Shown: positions 17,240 through 26,043 of the stretch, in pieces
Numbering within the stretch: the first letter of the stretch is position 1
Layout of the letters: each line of letters opens with the position of its first letter
From: Candidatus Saganbacteria bacterium
GTDB taxonomy: Bacteria > Margulisbacteria > WOR-1 > JAKLHX01
Direction of reading: 5' to 3'
Length of the DNA stretch: 32,000 bases
Assembly: GCA_026387835.1 (NCBI GenBank)
Contig: JAPLKZ010000011.1
Location: 108,062 to 140,061 of the forward strand
Notes under the pieces: model-generated
Database searches by the model: none
Seen by the model: the letters and a program-made list of their open reading frames with translations, nothing else
Told to the model about the DNA's origin: nothing
Program-made: the position numbers and the translations under genes

Positions 17240-17903
17240 AATGAAGAAATTAATAGCATTAGTATTAGCGGCATCTTTGATCGCGAGCTTGTCAGCATCT
17301 TCAATGGCGGCAGTTGCAAAGAAAAAGGTAGCTGTCAAAAAACCGGCGAAGAAAGTTGTAAAGCCAATAAAGAAAGCGGCCCCCAAAAAAGCACCGGTAA
17401 CCCCGTGGGTACCGCCAGCACCAGCACCAGTAGCTCCAGCACCGGCACCGGCTGTATCAGCCGGCATGGGAATGAGCTTGGGTGTTAACGTAGGCGTATC
17501 TGCAGGTCTTACGGCGATAACGGGCGTGCTCGATTATTCGATAGCGAGCATGATCCCAGGCGCGAAGGTGAGAATAGGCGGAGATTATCTTACAGGAAGC
17601 AATCTTAATGACACAAACCTGAAGGTAGTCACGCTGAAATTGGGCGGCGTTTACGCGCTCGATATGCTCAAATCATCGGCTGTGCCGATCGATTGGTACA
17701 TCGGAGGCGCGGTATCCGTGCCTGTGAAGGTCAGTGGTTCAATGACAGGTTCATACGGGCTTGAAGCCTATTTAGGCGGAAACTATATGATCCCTGACTT
17801 TGGCACGATCAACGGACAGGTAGGTTACTCGGCACTTAAGTACGGCGGAGAAGGAGCTGCGAAAGGCGTGTTAGCATCAGTAGGCTACGCTTACTCGTTC
17901 TAA
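17240..17903 (+). CDS. Small outer-membrane-type beta-barrel protein with signal peptide and Lys/Ala/Pro-rich linker
   Basis: MKKLIALVLAASLIASLSASSMAAVAKKKVAVKKPAKKVVKPIKKAAPKKAPVTPWVPPAPAPVAPAPAPAVSAG, followed by alternating beta-strand pattern ending GYAYSF (terminal Phe). Start moved from 17193. Confidence 0.75.
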
Positions 17904-17928
17904 TAGCCTGAGTTTTTGGAGTTTTATA

Positions 17929-17962
17929 GGGCCCTTGAAAAGTTTCGAGGGCCTTATTTTTT
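17929..17962 (+). terminator. Rho-independent terminator
   Basis: GGGCCCTTGAAAAGTTTCGAGGGCCTTATTTTTT; stem GGCCCT/AGGGCC. Confidence 0.85.
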
Positions 17963-18032
17963 GCCGATACAGACGTGTTTGAAAAGCTCTTTGGCTTGTG
18001 ATATTATTTTTTTATTATCCGACCGGGAAGGA

Positions 18033-19190
18033 ATGATGCGCAGCTTAAAAATATTATTGTTCTTATGTGTCCTTTTATTTATTTTTACAGGCAGCGCATT
18101 ATGCGCGGCCGCAGACCCAAAGGACGAGCTTAAAGACAAGCAGAAGGAACTGAACAGGATATACCAGGAACTGCTTATAAATAAAAGGAAGCTTGAGTCC
18201 ACGAAAGAAAAGGAAAGGGACGTTGTCGAGCGCCTGGTCATAATAAACCGGGAGCTGAAAAAAACAAAGGGACAGCTGGGCAGGGCGCAGTACCAGATAC
18301 AAAAGAACGAATCAAGGCTCGGTTACCTGAAAGTCTCGCTTGAGGAAGCAAAAAGAAAGCTTGATGAAAGAAACGGCTATTTAAAAAACAGGATCCGGGA
18401 GATCTATAAGAACGGGGGCATCAATTATCTGGATATGCTTGTGTCTTCGGATACGCTGGCAGATTTCATAAACAGGACATATTTTTTTGAAAAAGTGATC
18501 GGCAGGGATGCCGGCATAGTGAACGAAATAACGACCGAGCATACAAAAATAAAGACCGATAAGACAGAGCTCGAGGGGGTCACGGCTGATATAAAAAAAC
18601 TGGCGCAGTACATCGGCAATAAAAAACAGAACATAGAAAAACAGGCGGAAGAAAAAAAAGAACTTCACAAGGAGCTGGAGCAGCAAAGGATAGAGTACGA
18701 AAAAAAAGTGGCGGTTTTGGAGGAGACCTCGAACCAGATAGAACAGTTGATCAGGAAGATGATAGCTGAGCGGGCGATCAGAGGCGGGGTCTCCCCGCAC
18801 GGGACAGGCAACTTTATCTGGCCGGTGCGAGGCAGGATAACCTCACCTTTCGGATACAGGAGGAGCCCGTTCTGGAGGATGTCGCACATGCACACGGGCC
18901 TTGATATCGCAACATCTTACGGGACGCCCATACAGGCGGCTGACGGAGGCGAAGTCATATTTTCCGGATGGTGGGACGGGTACGGGAAAGCTGTTATCAT
19001 TGATCATGGCAAGGGGATATCAACGGTCTATGCTCATATGTCTAGAATATACATACAGAAAGGTCAGACAGTAATGAAAGGACAAGTCGTGGGATTAATA
19101 GGGTCTACAGGTTATTCAACGGGACCGCATCTTCATTTTGAGGTCCGCAAAAACGGTACTCCGACAAATCCAATAAGGTGGCTGCCTTGA
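18033..19190 (+). CDS. M23 family peptidase with N-terminal coiled coil (EnvC/NlpD-like)
   Basis: Signal peptide MMRSLKILLFLCVLLFIFTGSALCA, long coiled coil, then HMHTGLDIATSYGTPIQAADGG ... YAHMSRIYIQKGQTV ... GPHLHFEVRKNGTP, so the LytM zinc-ligand motifs are intact. Start moved downstream of the terminator. Confidence 0.93.
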   Translation: MMRSLKILLFLCVLLFIFTGSALCAAADPKDELKDKQKELNRIYQELLINKRKLESTKEKERDVVERLVIINRELKKTKGQLGRAQYQIQKNESRLGYLKVSLEEAKRKLDERNGYLKNRIREIYKNGGINYLDMLVSSDTLADFINRTYFFEKVIGRDAGIVNEITTEHTKIKTDKTELEGVTADIKKLAQYIGNKKQNIEKQAEEKKELHKELEQQRIEYEKKVAVLEETSNQIEQLIRKMIAERAIRGGVSPHGTGNFIWPVRGRITSPFGYRRSPFWRMSHMHTGLDIATSYGTPIQAADGGEVIFSGWWDGYGKAVIIDHGKGISTVYAHMSRIYIQKGQTVMKGQVVGLIGSTGYSTGPHLHFEVRKNGTPTNPIRWLP

Positions 19191-20437
19191 AGTCAAAAAT
19201 AAATAATAAAATAAAATATTTTTCCGCGTCATTGATCGTTGTTATCTTGTTCTGCTTTTTGACCCCCCGGATAGTCAAAGCCGCCGACGACCTTAATTCA
19301 AAACTCCAGGTGTTCATTCAGGTGCTTGAGATAGTTAAGAGCGATTATGTGGATAAGAACGTAGACGATCAAAAACTGATATACGGGGCGATAAAAGGCA
19401 TGCTCGAGTCCCTTGATGACCCGTACACCCGTTTCATGGAACCCACATCATTTAAAGAGATGAAAATGCGCATGAACGGATCATATTCGGGAATAGGGAT
19501 CTACATCGGTATCAGGAACAAGATCATCACTGTCATATCTCCGATCGACGGTACGCCCGCCGCAAAAGCGGGCTTGATGGCGGGCGACCAGATAGTCGCT
19601 GTCGAAGGAAAACCGACAAAAGATCAGGCGCTTGAGGAAGTCGTGAGCAAGATACGCGGACCAAAGGGTACTGCAGTTAAGATCGGGATACTGAGGTCCG
19701 GATGGAAAGCGCCTAAAGATTTCATGCTTGTGCGGGATAAGATCGTCGTAAAGAGCGTTGAAAAAAAGATCTTTAATGATACAGTCGGTTATATTAAATT
19801 AAATACTTTCGAAGACCTTTCCGCGGCCAAAGAAATGAGGAAAGCGATAAATGAACTTAAAGATAAAAAGATCGAAGGTCTCATCCTGGACGTGCGCGGC
19901 AACGGAGGAGGTCTTTTGTCAAATGCGGCGGAAATATCGAGCATGTTCCTGCCAAAGGACGCTGTTATAGTCTATACTGTCGACAGGAACGGGGAGAAAG
20001 AGGGCATAAGATCGTCCGGAGAACTGTTGTGGAACGGACCTATGGTAGTGCTGATCAACGAAGGAAGCGCGAGCGCGTCGGAGATACTCGCGGGTGCGCT
20101 CAGGGATAACAATACCGCACAGCTGATAGGCTACCATTCTTTCGGGAAAGCGTCAGTCCAGAGCGTAAGACAGCTGCCTGACGGATCAGCAGCGCTAATA
20201 ACAATCGCAAAATATCTCACCCCGAGCGGGCATGACATCTCTAAAAAGGGCATCATCCCTGATATCATCGTCAAGACGGGAAAAGAAAGCGAATCAAAGA
20301 CCGACATGTCCACGGAAGAGGCGGAGTTCATCCCGGTAGAAAAGCGCGACGAGAAAGATGTGCAGCTGAAAAAAGCGCTCGAGGTCATAAAACAGAAGAT
20401 CAAAGAATCGTCAGAGGAGAAAAAAGCATCCGAATGA
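19178..20437 (+). CDS. S41 family C-terminal processing peptidase with PDZ domain
   Basis: GSYSGIGIYIGIRNKIITVISPIDGTPAAKAGLMAGDQIVAVEGKP, LILDVRGNGGGLL, EGSASASEILAGALRDNNTAQLIGYHSFGKASVQ (catalytic Ser and Lys context). Confidence 0.95.
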   Translation: MAALKSKINNKIKYFSASLIVVILFCFLTPRIVKAADDLNSKLQVFIQVLEIVKSDYVDKNVDDQKLIYGAIKGMLESLDDPYTRFMEPTSFKEMKMRMNGSYSGIGIYIGIRNKIITVISPIDGTPAAKAGLMAGDQIVAVEGKPTKDQALEEVVSKIRGPKGTAVKIGILRSGWKAPKDFMLVRDKIVVKSVEKKIFNDTVGYIKLNTFEDLSAAKEMRKAINELKDKKIEGLILDVRGNGGGLLSNAAEISSMFLPKDAVIVYTVDRNGEKEGIRSSGELLWNGPMVVLINEGSASASEILAGALRDNNTAQLIGYHSFGKASVQSVRQLPDGSAALITIAKYLTPSGHDISKKGIIPDIIVKTGKESESKTDMSTEEAEFIPVEKRDEKDVQLKKALEVIKQKIKESSEEKKASE

Positions 20438-21492
20438 ATACTTTAGATGATCCGAAAAAGTTCAGAAAGACCGATAAAAGTGACATGGCCGGTTTGGTCG
20501 GCCGGTTTCCCGAGATGATGGAAGACGCGTTAAAGATCAGCCCCCAAGGGTCTTTGACCATCCAAGAAGGCATTAAAAATATCGTGATAGCGGGGATGGG
20601 CGGTTCGGCGATAAGCGGCGATATCACCGCAAAACTTCTCGAAGATAAGGCCGATATCCCCGTAAGCGTGATAAGGAATTACGACCTGCCGGAATATGCC
20701 GGCCCCTCAAGCCTGGTGTTCGTCCTGAGCTATTCGGGAAACACCGAGGAGACGCTTTCCGCTTTCGAACAGGCCTCTAAAAAAAAGGCATCCATAATCT
20801 CGGTCACGTCGGGAGGCGCCCTCAAGGAAAGATCAGCTTCAAATAAAATCCCTATGTTCCTGATCCCGTCCGGGCTTCCCCCGAGGGCATCGATGCCTTA
20901 TCTTCTGGTGCCCGTGCTCAGGGCTCTTAGCATTTGCAAAATGATGCCGGATATAGATCCTCAGATCGAAGAAGCCGTCTCGGTGCTTAAGGCGATGCGT
21001 TCAAAGCTTGACACGGGGAATGTATTTGAAAAGAACCCGGCAAAACAGGCCGCGTCTAAGCTCAAGGGAAAGTTCCCTCTCATATTCGGCACTCCTTCGG
21101 GCAGCGGAGTCTCCGCGTTCAGATGGAAAACGCAGCTTTCGGAAAACTCAAAGACCACCTCGGTCTGCAACACTTTCCCGGAACTGGACCATAACGAGAT
21201 AGTCAATCTCGGAGAACTGAAAAAAGGTAAAAATAATTATTGCCTTGTCCTGCTGAGAAACGGAGCTGACAGCGAGAGGATGGTCCTGAGGATAAATGCC
21301 ACAAAAAATATTGTTTCAAAAGGCATCGATGAGATCATCGAGGTCCCGTCCGAAGGGGACGGCCGGCTTTCAAGGATGCTTTCGCTGTGTTACTTCGGCG
21401 ACTGGGTAAGCGTTTATCTCGCGGTCCTCAACGGGACCGATCCAACGCCGGTCCATTCGATAGACAGGTTAAAGAAGGAGCTTTCGGCATAG
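20434..21492 (+). CDS. Bifunctional phosphoglucose/phosphomannose isomerase
   Basis: IVIAGMGGSAISGDITAKLL ... VFVLSYSGNTEETLSAFEQA ... PLIFGTPSGSGVSAFRWKTQLSENSKTTSVCNTFPELDHNEIV. Confidence 0.9.
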   Translation: MNTLDDPKKFRKTDKSDMAGLVGRFPEMMEDALKISPQGSLTIQEGIKNIVIAGMGGSAISGDITAKLLEDKADIPVSVIRNYDLPEYAGPSSLVFVLSYSGNTEETLSAFEQASKKKASIISVTSGGALKERSASNKIPMFLIPSGLPPRASMPYLLVPVLRALSICKMMPDIDPQIEEAVSVLKAMRSKLDTGNVFEKNPAKQAASKLKGKFPLIFGTPSGSGVSAFRWKTQLSENSKTTSVCNTFPELDHNEIVNLGELKKGKNNYCLVLLRNGADSERMVLRINATKNIVSKGIDEIIEVPSEGDGRLSRMLSLCYFGDWVSVYLAVLNGTDPTPVHSIDRLKKELSA

Positions 21493-22554
21493 ATGAAAGC
21501 AATAATAATCGCCGGAGGGCTCGGCACGCGGCTCAGGCCGCTCACTTATAACAGGCCCAAACCGATGGTCCCGGTGATGAACAAGCCTTTCATCGTCCAC
21601 CAGATCGAGCTGTTGAAAAAATTCGGCATCACCGAAATAATACTCAACCTCCATTATCTTTCAGACAACATGGCGTTGATGCTCGGTGACGGGGCCGATC
21701 TCGGCGTAAAATTATTTTATTCTATCGAAAAAAATCCGCTCGGTACGGCCGGAGCAGTCAAGAACGCAGAGGAATATCTAGACAAAGACGACATAGTCGT
21801 CTTTAACGGCGACGTCCTCGCGGATTTTAACATCGCGGAAATAATCGCTTTTCACAAAGAAAAAAAAGCAAAGGTGACGCTGACCCTAACCTCCGTCGAA
21901 GACCCCACGCCTTTCGGGCTCGTCCTGGCCGATGAGAGCGGCAGGGTCACTAAGTTCGTTGAAAAACCGAGCTGGCAGATGGTGACGGCAAAGACAATAA
22001 ATGCCGGGCTTTATGTGATGAACCCCTCGGTATTCAAGTCCGTGCCGAAAGGCAGGCCGTATTCTTTCGAGAGGGAGCTTTTCCCGAAGCTTCTTGACAG
22101 CGGCGAAAAAGTCTATGCCGTTGTCTCAAAAGACTACTGGCTCGATATCGGAAGCCCGCAGAAGTACATGCAGGCCCACAGGGACATCCTGAACGGAGAT
22201 ATCCATGTGGTCATAGACGGAGAAAGGGTCGGCGGCAATATCTGGATAGCGCACGGCTCTGTAATCGACCCGTCGGCAAAGCTCCACGGGCCTTTGATGG
22301 TGGGGAAAAACGCGAACATATCAAGCAATGCCAGGTTGAACCAGTTTTCCGTCATCGGAGAGAACGTCAGGATACTCGAGGGAGCTTATGTGGAAGATTC
22401 GGTGATACTCAGGAATTCGATAATCGGCAAAGACGTCAAACTCAAAGATTGTATAATAGGTGAGAACTGCATAATCGAGGATTTTGCGGAGGTCGGCATG
22501 GGAGTCGTCCTGGCGGATTATTCCATCGTAAAAAAAGGGTCAAAGCTGGCATGA
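21493..22554 (+). CDS. Sugar-1-phosphate nucleotidyltransferase (mannose-1-phosphate guanylyltransferase-like) with hexapeptide repeats
   Basis: MKAIIIAGGLGTRLRPLTYNRPKPMVPVMNKPFIVHQIELLKKFGI ... VVFNGDVLADFN ... C-terminal left-handed beta-helix pattern. Confidence 0.92.
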   Translation: MKAIIIAGGLGTRLRPLTYNRPKPMVPVMNKPFIVHQIELLKKFGITEIILNLHYLSDNMALMLGDGADLGVKLFYSIEKNPLGTAGAVKNAEEYLDKDDIVVFNGDVLADFNIAEIIAFHKEKKAKVTLTLTSVEDPTPFGLVLADESGRVTKFVEKPSWQMVTAKTINAGLYVMNPSVFKSVPKGRPYSFERELFPKLLDSGEKVYAVVSKDYWLDIGSPQKYMQAHRDILNGDIHVVIDGERVGGNIWIAHGSVIDPSAKLHGPLMVGKNANISSNARLNQFSVIGENVRILEGAYVEDSVILRNSIIGKDVKLKDCIIGENCIIEDFAEVGMGVVLADYSIVKKGSKLA

Positions 22555-23729
22555 AAAAAGAAGAAGCGGCCGTAAAAAAGATAATCGCCGATGTCGAATT
22601 GACGGGCGACAAAGCGCTGGTGAAATATGCTAAAAAATTCGACAAAGTCAGCCTTTTACCTGAAGATTTCAGAGTGACGGCAGGAGAGATCGACGAGGCT
22701 TACAAAAATGCCGGCAGGGAATTCTTATCCGCGATAAAGACCGCGGAAAAAAATATCAGGGCTTACCACGAGAAGCAAAAACCTTCGCAGTGGTTCGAAA
22801 CAACGGCTGATGACGCGATCTTAGGCCTGCGCTCTATCCCGCTGGAGAGCGCGGGGATATATGTTCCCGGTGGCAGAGCGGCTTATCCTTCCTCGGTCCT
22901 GATGAACGCGATACCCGCCCGGATTGCCGGCGTCAAAAGGATCGCCATGGTCACGCCGTGCGGAAAAGACAAAAAAATAAATATCCATGTGCTGGCCGCG
23001 GCGAAACTTATGGGAATAAGCGAGATATACAGGATCGGAGGCGCCCATGCGATAGCGGCCCTGGCTTTCGGGACAAAAAGCATACCGAAAGTCGATAAGA
23101 TAGTCGGCCCGGGAAACATCTATGTGACGCTTGCGAAGAAACTTCTGTACGGTACCGTCGGCATAGACAAGCTCGCGGGGCCGAGCGATGTCGTCATCAT
23201 AGCTGACGGGAGCGCGGACGTAAGGTTTGTCGCGGCGGACATGGCCTCGCAGATAGAGCACGACCCGATGTCGTCGGCGGTGCTGATAACCCTGTCAAAA
23301 GAGACCGAGAGGGATGTAAAACATCAGTTAAAAAAACTCGGTGCCGTTAAAGGATCAAAATTCATCATCGCGAAAGACCTTGACGAGGCCGCGCGGTTCT
23401 CTAATAAGATCGCTCCGGAGCATCTGGAACTGATGGTAGCGGTACCGCAGAAGCTTCTTGAAAAAATAAAGAACGCGGGCGCCGTCTTTTTAGGCCCGTT
23501 CTCTCCTGTCGCGGTCGGGGATTATATCGCCGGGCCCAACCACGTGCTTCCGACGGGAGGCAGCGCGCGGTTCTCATCCCCTCTCTCGGCCGGCGATTTT
23601 GTGAAGCAGCAGAGCGTGATAGGTTATACAAAGTCCGCTCTCAGCAGGGCCAGGAAAGATATAAAGGTCCTCGCGGGCGTCGAAGGATTAAAGGCTCACG
23701 CGGCTTCCGTCGAGATCAGGTTCAAATAA
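22551..23729 (+). CDS. hisD: Histidinol dehydrogenase
   Basis: GIYVPGGRAAYPSSVLMNAIPARIAGVKRI ... GGAHAIAALAFGT ... KIVGPGNIYVTLAKKLLYG ... GIDKLAGPSDVVIIAD ... GPNHVLPTGGSARFSSPLS. Confidence 0.97.
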   Translation: MKKEEAAVKKIIADVELTGDKALVKYAKKFDKVSLLPEDFRVTAGEIDEAYKNAGREFLSAIKTAEKNIRAYHEKQKPSQWFETTADDAILGLRSIPLESAGIYVPGGRAAYPSSVLMNAIPARIAGVKRIAMVTPCGKDKKINIHVLAAAKLMGISEIYRIGGAHAIAALAFGTKSIPKVDKIVGPGNIYVTLAKKLLYGTVGIDKLAGPSDVVIIADGSADVRFVAADMASQIEHDPMSSAVLITLSKETERDVKHQLKKLGAVKGSKFIIAKDLDEAARFSNKIAPEHLELMVAVPQKLLEKIKNAGAVFLGPFSPVAVGDYIAGPNHVLPTGGSARFSSPLSAGDFVKQQSVIGYTKSALSRARKDIKVLAGVEGLKAHAASVEIRFK

Positions 23730-24408
23730 ACTTTCTTTTTATCCTGTTGAGGAGTTCAAGGGGATTGTCTTTTACCGCTTTTATCGCTTCCGCGTCATCA
23801 AGCCCGCTCTCTTTGGCGATATCGAACGCTTTTTCCTGTGTCAGAAAATCATCCGGGCCGTGGGCGTCGGTATTCACCAGAAGTTTTGCTCCGGCCTTAA
23901 GTGCCATGTTCGCGACATGCCTGTTCGTCTCTTTATGAGCGGGTTTTGAGGAAAGCTCAAGGCAGACATTGTTCTTAGCGGCGAGAATCGCGTCCTCCTC
24001 GGTAATATACCCGGGGTGCGCGAGAATATCTATGATGTCATATTCACTGACCGCGGCGTGATTGGTGCCTTTCATGACCGGCTCGGACGGAGTTTCCCCG
24101 TGGCAGACGATCAGCCTCGCGCCAAGCGTCCTTGCGTATTGCGCGAAACCGACAACTAATCTCGGGTCCACATGGGTGATCTCGATCCCGGGGATGAAAT
24201 CTATATCAAGCAGTCCCGCCTGTTTTTCGGTGAAGCGCAGAAGCTTTGAGATCACGGATTCCACGTTCGAATAATCGACATGGTCCGTTATCGCGAGCGC
24301 CTGAAACCCGAGATTTGAGGCATAGCGCGCGGCTTCGCTAGGAAGCAGCATCCCGTCGCTCAAAAGCGAGTGGGTATGGAGATCTATACGTTTGCCGAGG
24401 TCTTTCAT
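23722..24408 (-). CDS. PHP domain protein (histidinol-phosphatase-like)
   Basis: RIDLHTHSLLSDGMLLPSEAARYASNLGFQALAITDHVD ... FIPGIEITH ... DILAHPG ... LLVNTDAH. Confidence 0.9.
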   Translation of the reverse strand: MKDLGKRIDLHTHSLLSDGMLLPSEAARYASNLGFQALAITDHVDYSNVESVISKLLRFTEKQAGLLDIDFIPGIEITHVDPRLVVGFAQYARTLGARLIVCHGETPSEPVMKGTNHAAVSEYDIIDILAHPGYITEEDAILAAKNNVCLELSSKPAHKETNRHVANMALKAGAKLLVNTDAHGPDDFLTQEKAFDIAKESGLDDAEAIKAVKDNPLELLNRIKRKFI

Positions 24409-24448
24409 TTCAAGAAAATGATAACATATAATAGAGTAATAAGACCAG

Positions 24449-24515
24449 CCCTCACCCTTCCCTCTCCCAGCCCTTCGGCAGGCTCAGGGCGAGAGGGAGA
24501 GGGTAGGGGTGAGGG
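24449..24515. repeat. Large GC-rich inverted repeat with nested CCCTTCGGCAGGCTCAGGG core
   Basis: CCCTCACCCTTCCCTCTCCC ... GGGAGAGGGTAGGGGTGAGGG arms around 24471-24489. Confidence 0.88.
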
Positions 24516-24531
24516 TTAGAAAGATATATTC

Positions 24532-25917
24532 ATGGAAGAAAACGAAATTATCAGGTTAAAAATAGATTCCTTCTCATCGGACGCCAGCGGCGTGGCGCGT
24601 CTGAACGGGATAGCGGTCTTTGTGGAAGAAGGTGTCCCGGGAGACGAAGTGGAAGCGGAGATAACCGTTCTGAAAAAAAATTATGCCAAAGCAAAGACCT
24701 TAAAGATAATAAAATCCTCGAGCGACAGGACCGAACCCCCGTGCAGGTATTTCCACCTCTGCGGCGCGTGCCAGATGCAGCACATAAAATACCCGGCTCA
24801 GCTGAAATATAAGACTCAGATAGTAAAGGACAATATAAAAAAAATAGGAGGATCGCCTCCGGAAATAGTCGCGGACGCGACAGGAGCCGAAAATTTATGG
24901 GGATACAGGAATAAGATGCAATACCCTGTCCGCCAGAGGCGGATAAGTCAAAAGTCAAATGATATTGATGTCGGATATTACAAAAAAGGGACACATGAGG
25001 TGGTTGATATTGATGAGTGCATCGTGCTGCATCCGTTCTTAAATAAGATCGCTTCAGCCGCAAGAAAAGCGATAAAAGATTTTCGCGTACCTGTATACGA
25101 TGAGGACAGGGGCAGGGGGCTTGTGAGGCACATACTTGCAAGGGCGGGATTCAGGACAAGGGAAGCGCTTCTCTGTTTCATCATCAACGGCGATGAAATG
25201 CCGGGAGGGAAAAATATCGCGAAAGCGATGCTGGACGACCTTGACCGGAAGGAAAACGAATTCAAACTGAAAGGGATCGTTCTGAATTCTAATAACAGGC
25301 GGACAAATGTGATACTCGGCGAAAAGACGCGGCAGGTCTGGGGAACGGACAGGATCAAAGAAGACCTCGGCAGCCTGAGGTTCAATATTTCCGCGGCGTC
25401 TTTCTTCCAGATAAATCCGGCGCAAACGGAAGTGCTCTATAATACCGTGAAAGAGTTCGCCTCATTGACGGGAATAGAATCAGTGATAGACGTCTACTCC
25501 GGGACAGGTTCAATATCTCTTTGGCTCGCGAAAGACGCGAAAGAAGTCTACGGCATAGAGGAAGCGGAAAGCGCCGTCGGGAACGCGAAAGAAAATGCAG
25601 GGATAAACAACATCAAAAATGTTTTCTTTAAATGCGGGGAGGCGGGGAGGACGCTTAAGATGTTCAAAGAAGCGGGGTTCAAGCCCGATTTGGTAGTTTT
25701 AGACCCGCCAAGGTCCGGATGCTGCAATACCGTCCTTGAAAGCGTCAAAAATATGTCCCCTAAAAAATTGATCTACGTGTCCTGCGATCCCGCGACGCTT
25801 TCAAGGGACCTGAAAATATTGAACGACAGGTACGAGGTCAAAAGGATACAGCCTGTCGACATGTTCCCGCAGACGGTGCACATCGAGTGCGTGGCGCAGC
25901 TGCAGAAGAAAAATTGA
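24532..25917 (+). CDS. rlmD: TrmA/RlmD family 23S rRNA (uracil-5-)-methyltransferase
   Basis: TRAM-like N-terminus, CRYFHLCGACQMQHIKYPAQLKYK iron-sulfur ligands, VIDVYSGTGSISLWLAKDAKEVYGIEE, VVLDPPRSGC, IYVSCDPATLSRDL. The exact RlmD/RlmC/TrmA assignment is tentative. Confidence 0.9.
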   Translation: MEENEIIRLKIDSFSSDASGVARLNGIAVFVEEGVPGDEVEAEITVLKKNYAKAKTLKIIKSSSDRTEPPCRYFHLCGACQMQHIKYPAQLKYKTQIVKDNIKKIGGSPPEIVADATGAENLWGYRNKMQYPVRQRRISQKSNDIDVGYYKKGTHEVVDIDECIVLHPFLNKIASAARKAIKDFRVPVYDEDRGRGLVRHILARAGFRTREALLCFIINGDEMPGGKNIAKAMLDDLDRKENEFKLKGIVLNSNNRRTNVILGEKTRQVWGTDRIKEDLGSLRFNISAASFFQINPAQTEVLYNTVKEFASLTGIESVIDVYSGTGSISLWLAKDAKEVYGIEEAESAVGNAKENAGINNIKNVFFKCGEAGRTLKMFKEAGFKPDLVVLDPPRSGCCNTVLESVKNMSPKKLIYVSCDPATLSRDLKILNDRYEVKRIQPVDMFPQTVHIECVAQLQKKN

Positions 25918-25970
25918 CCGGAACCCCACATTTTTTCTTTATATACTGGCAAAATCTATCAAAAAACATA

Positions 25971-25998
25971 TTGACTTCATATAGTTTTCACGTATAAT
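25971..25998 (+). promoter_or_regulatory. Promoter for the giant Kelch/GLUG protein gene
   Basis: TTGACT (25971-25976), 16-nt spacer, TATAAT (25993-25998). Confidence 0.6.
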
Positions 25999-26043
25999 CA
26001 AAATATACTGGTTTATATATCAGCAAAATACTAGGAGTTTTGC

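Noticed and set aside
17916-18032. N-terminal extension of the M23 peptidase ORF
   Set aside because: It begins before a terminator (17929-17962). The signal peptide and a GGAAGGA ribosome binding site indicate a start at 18033/18036.
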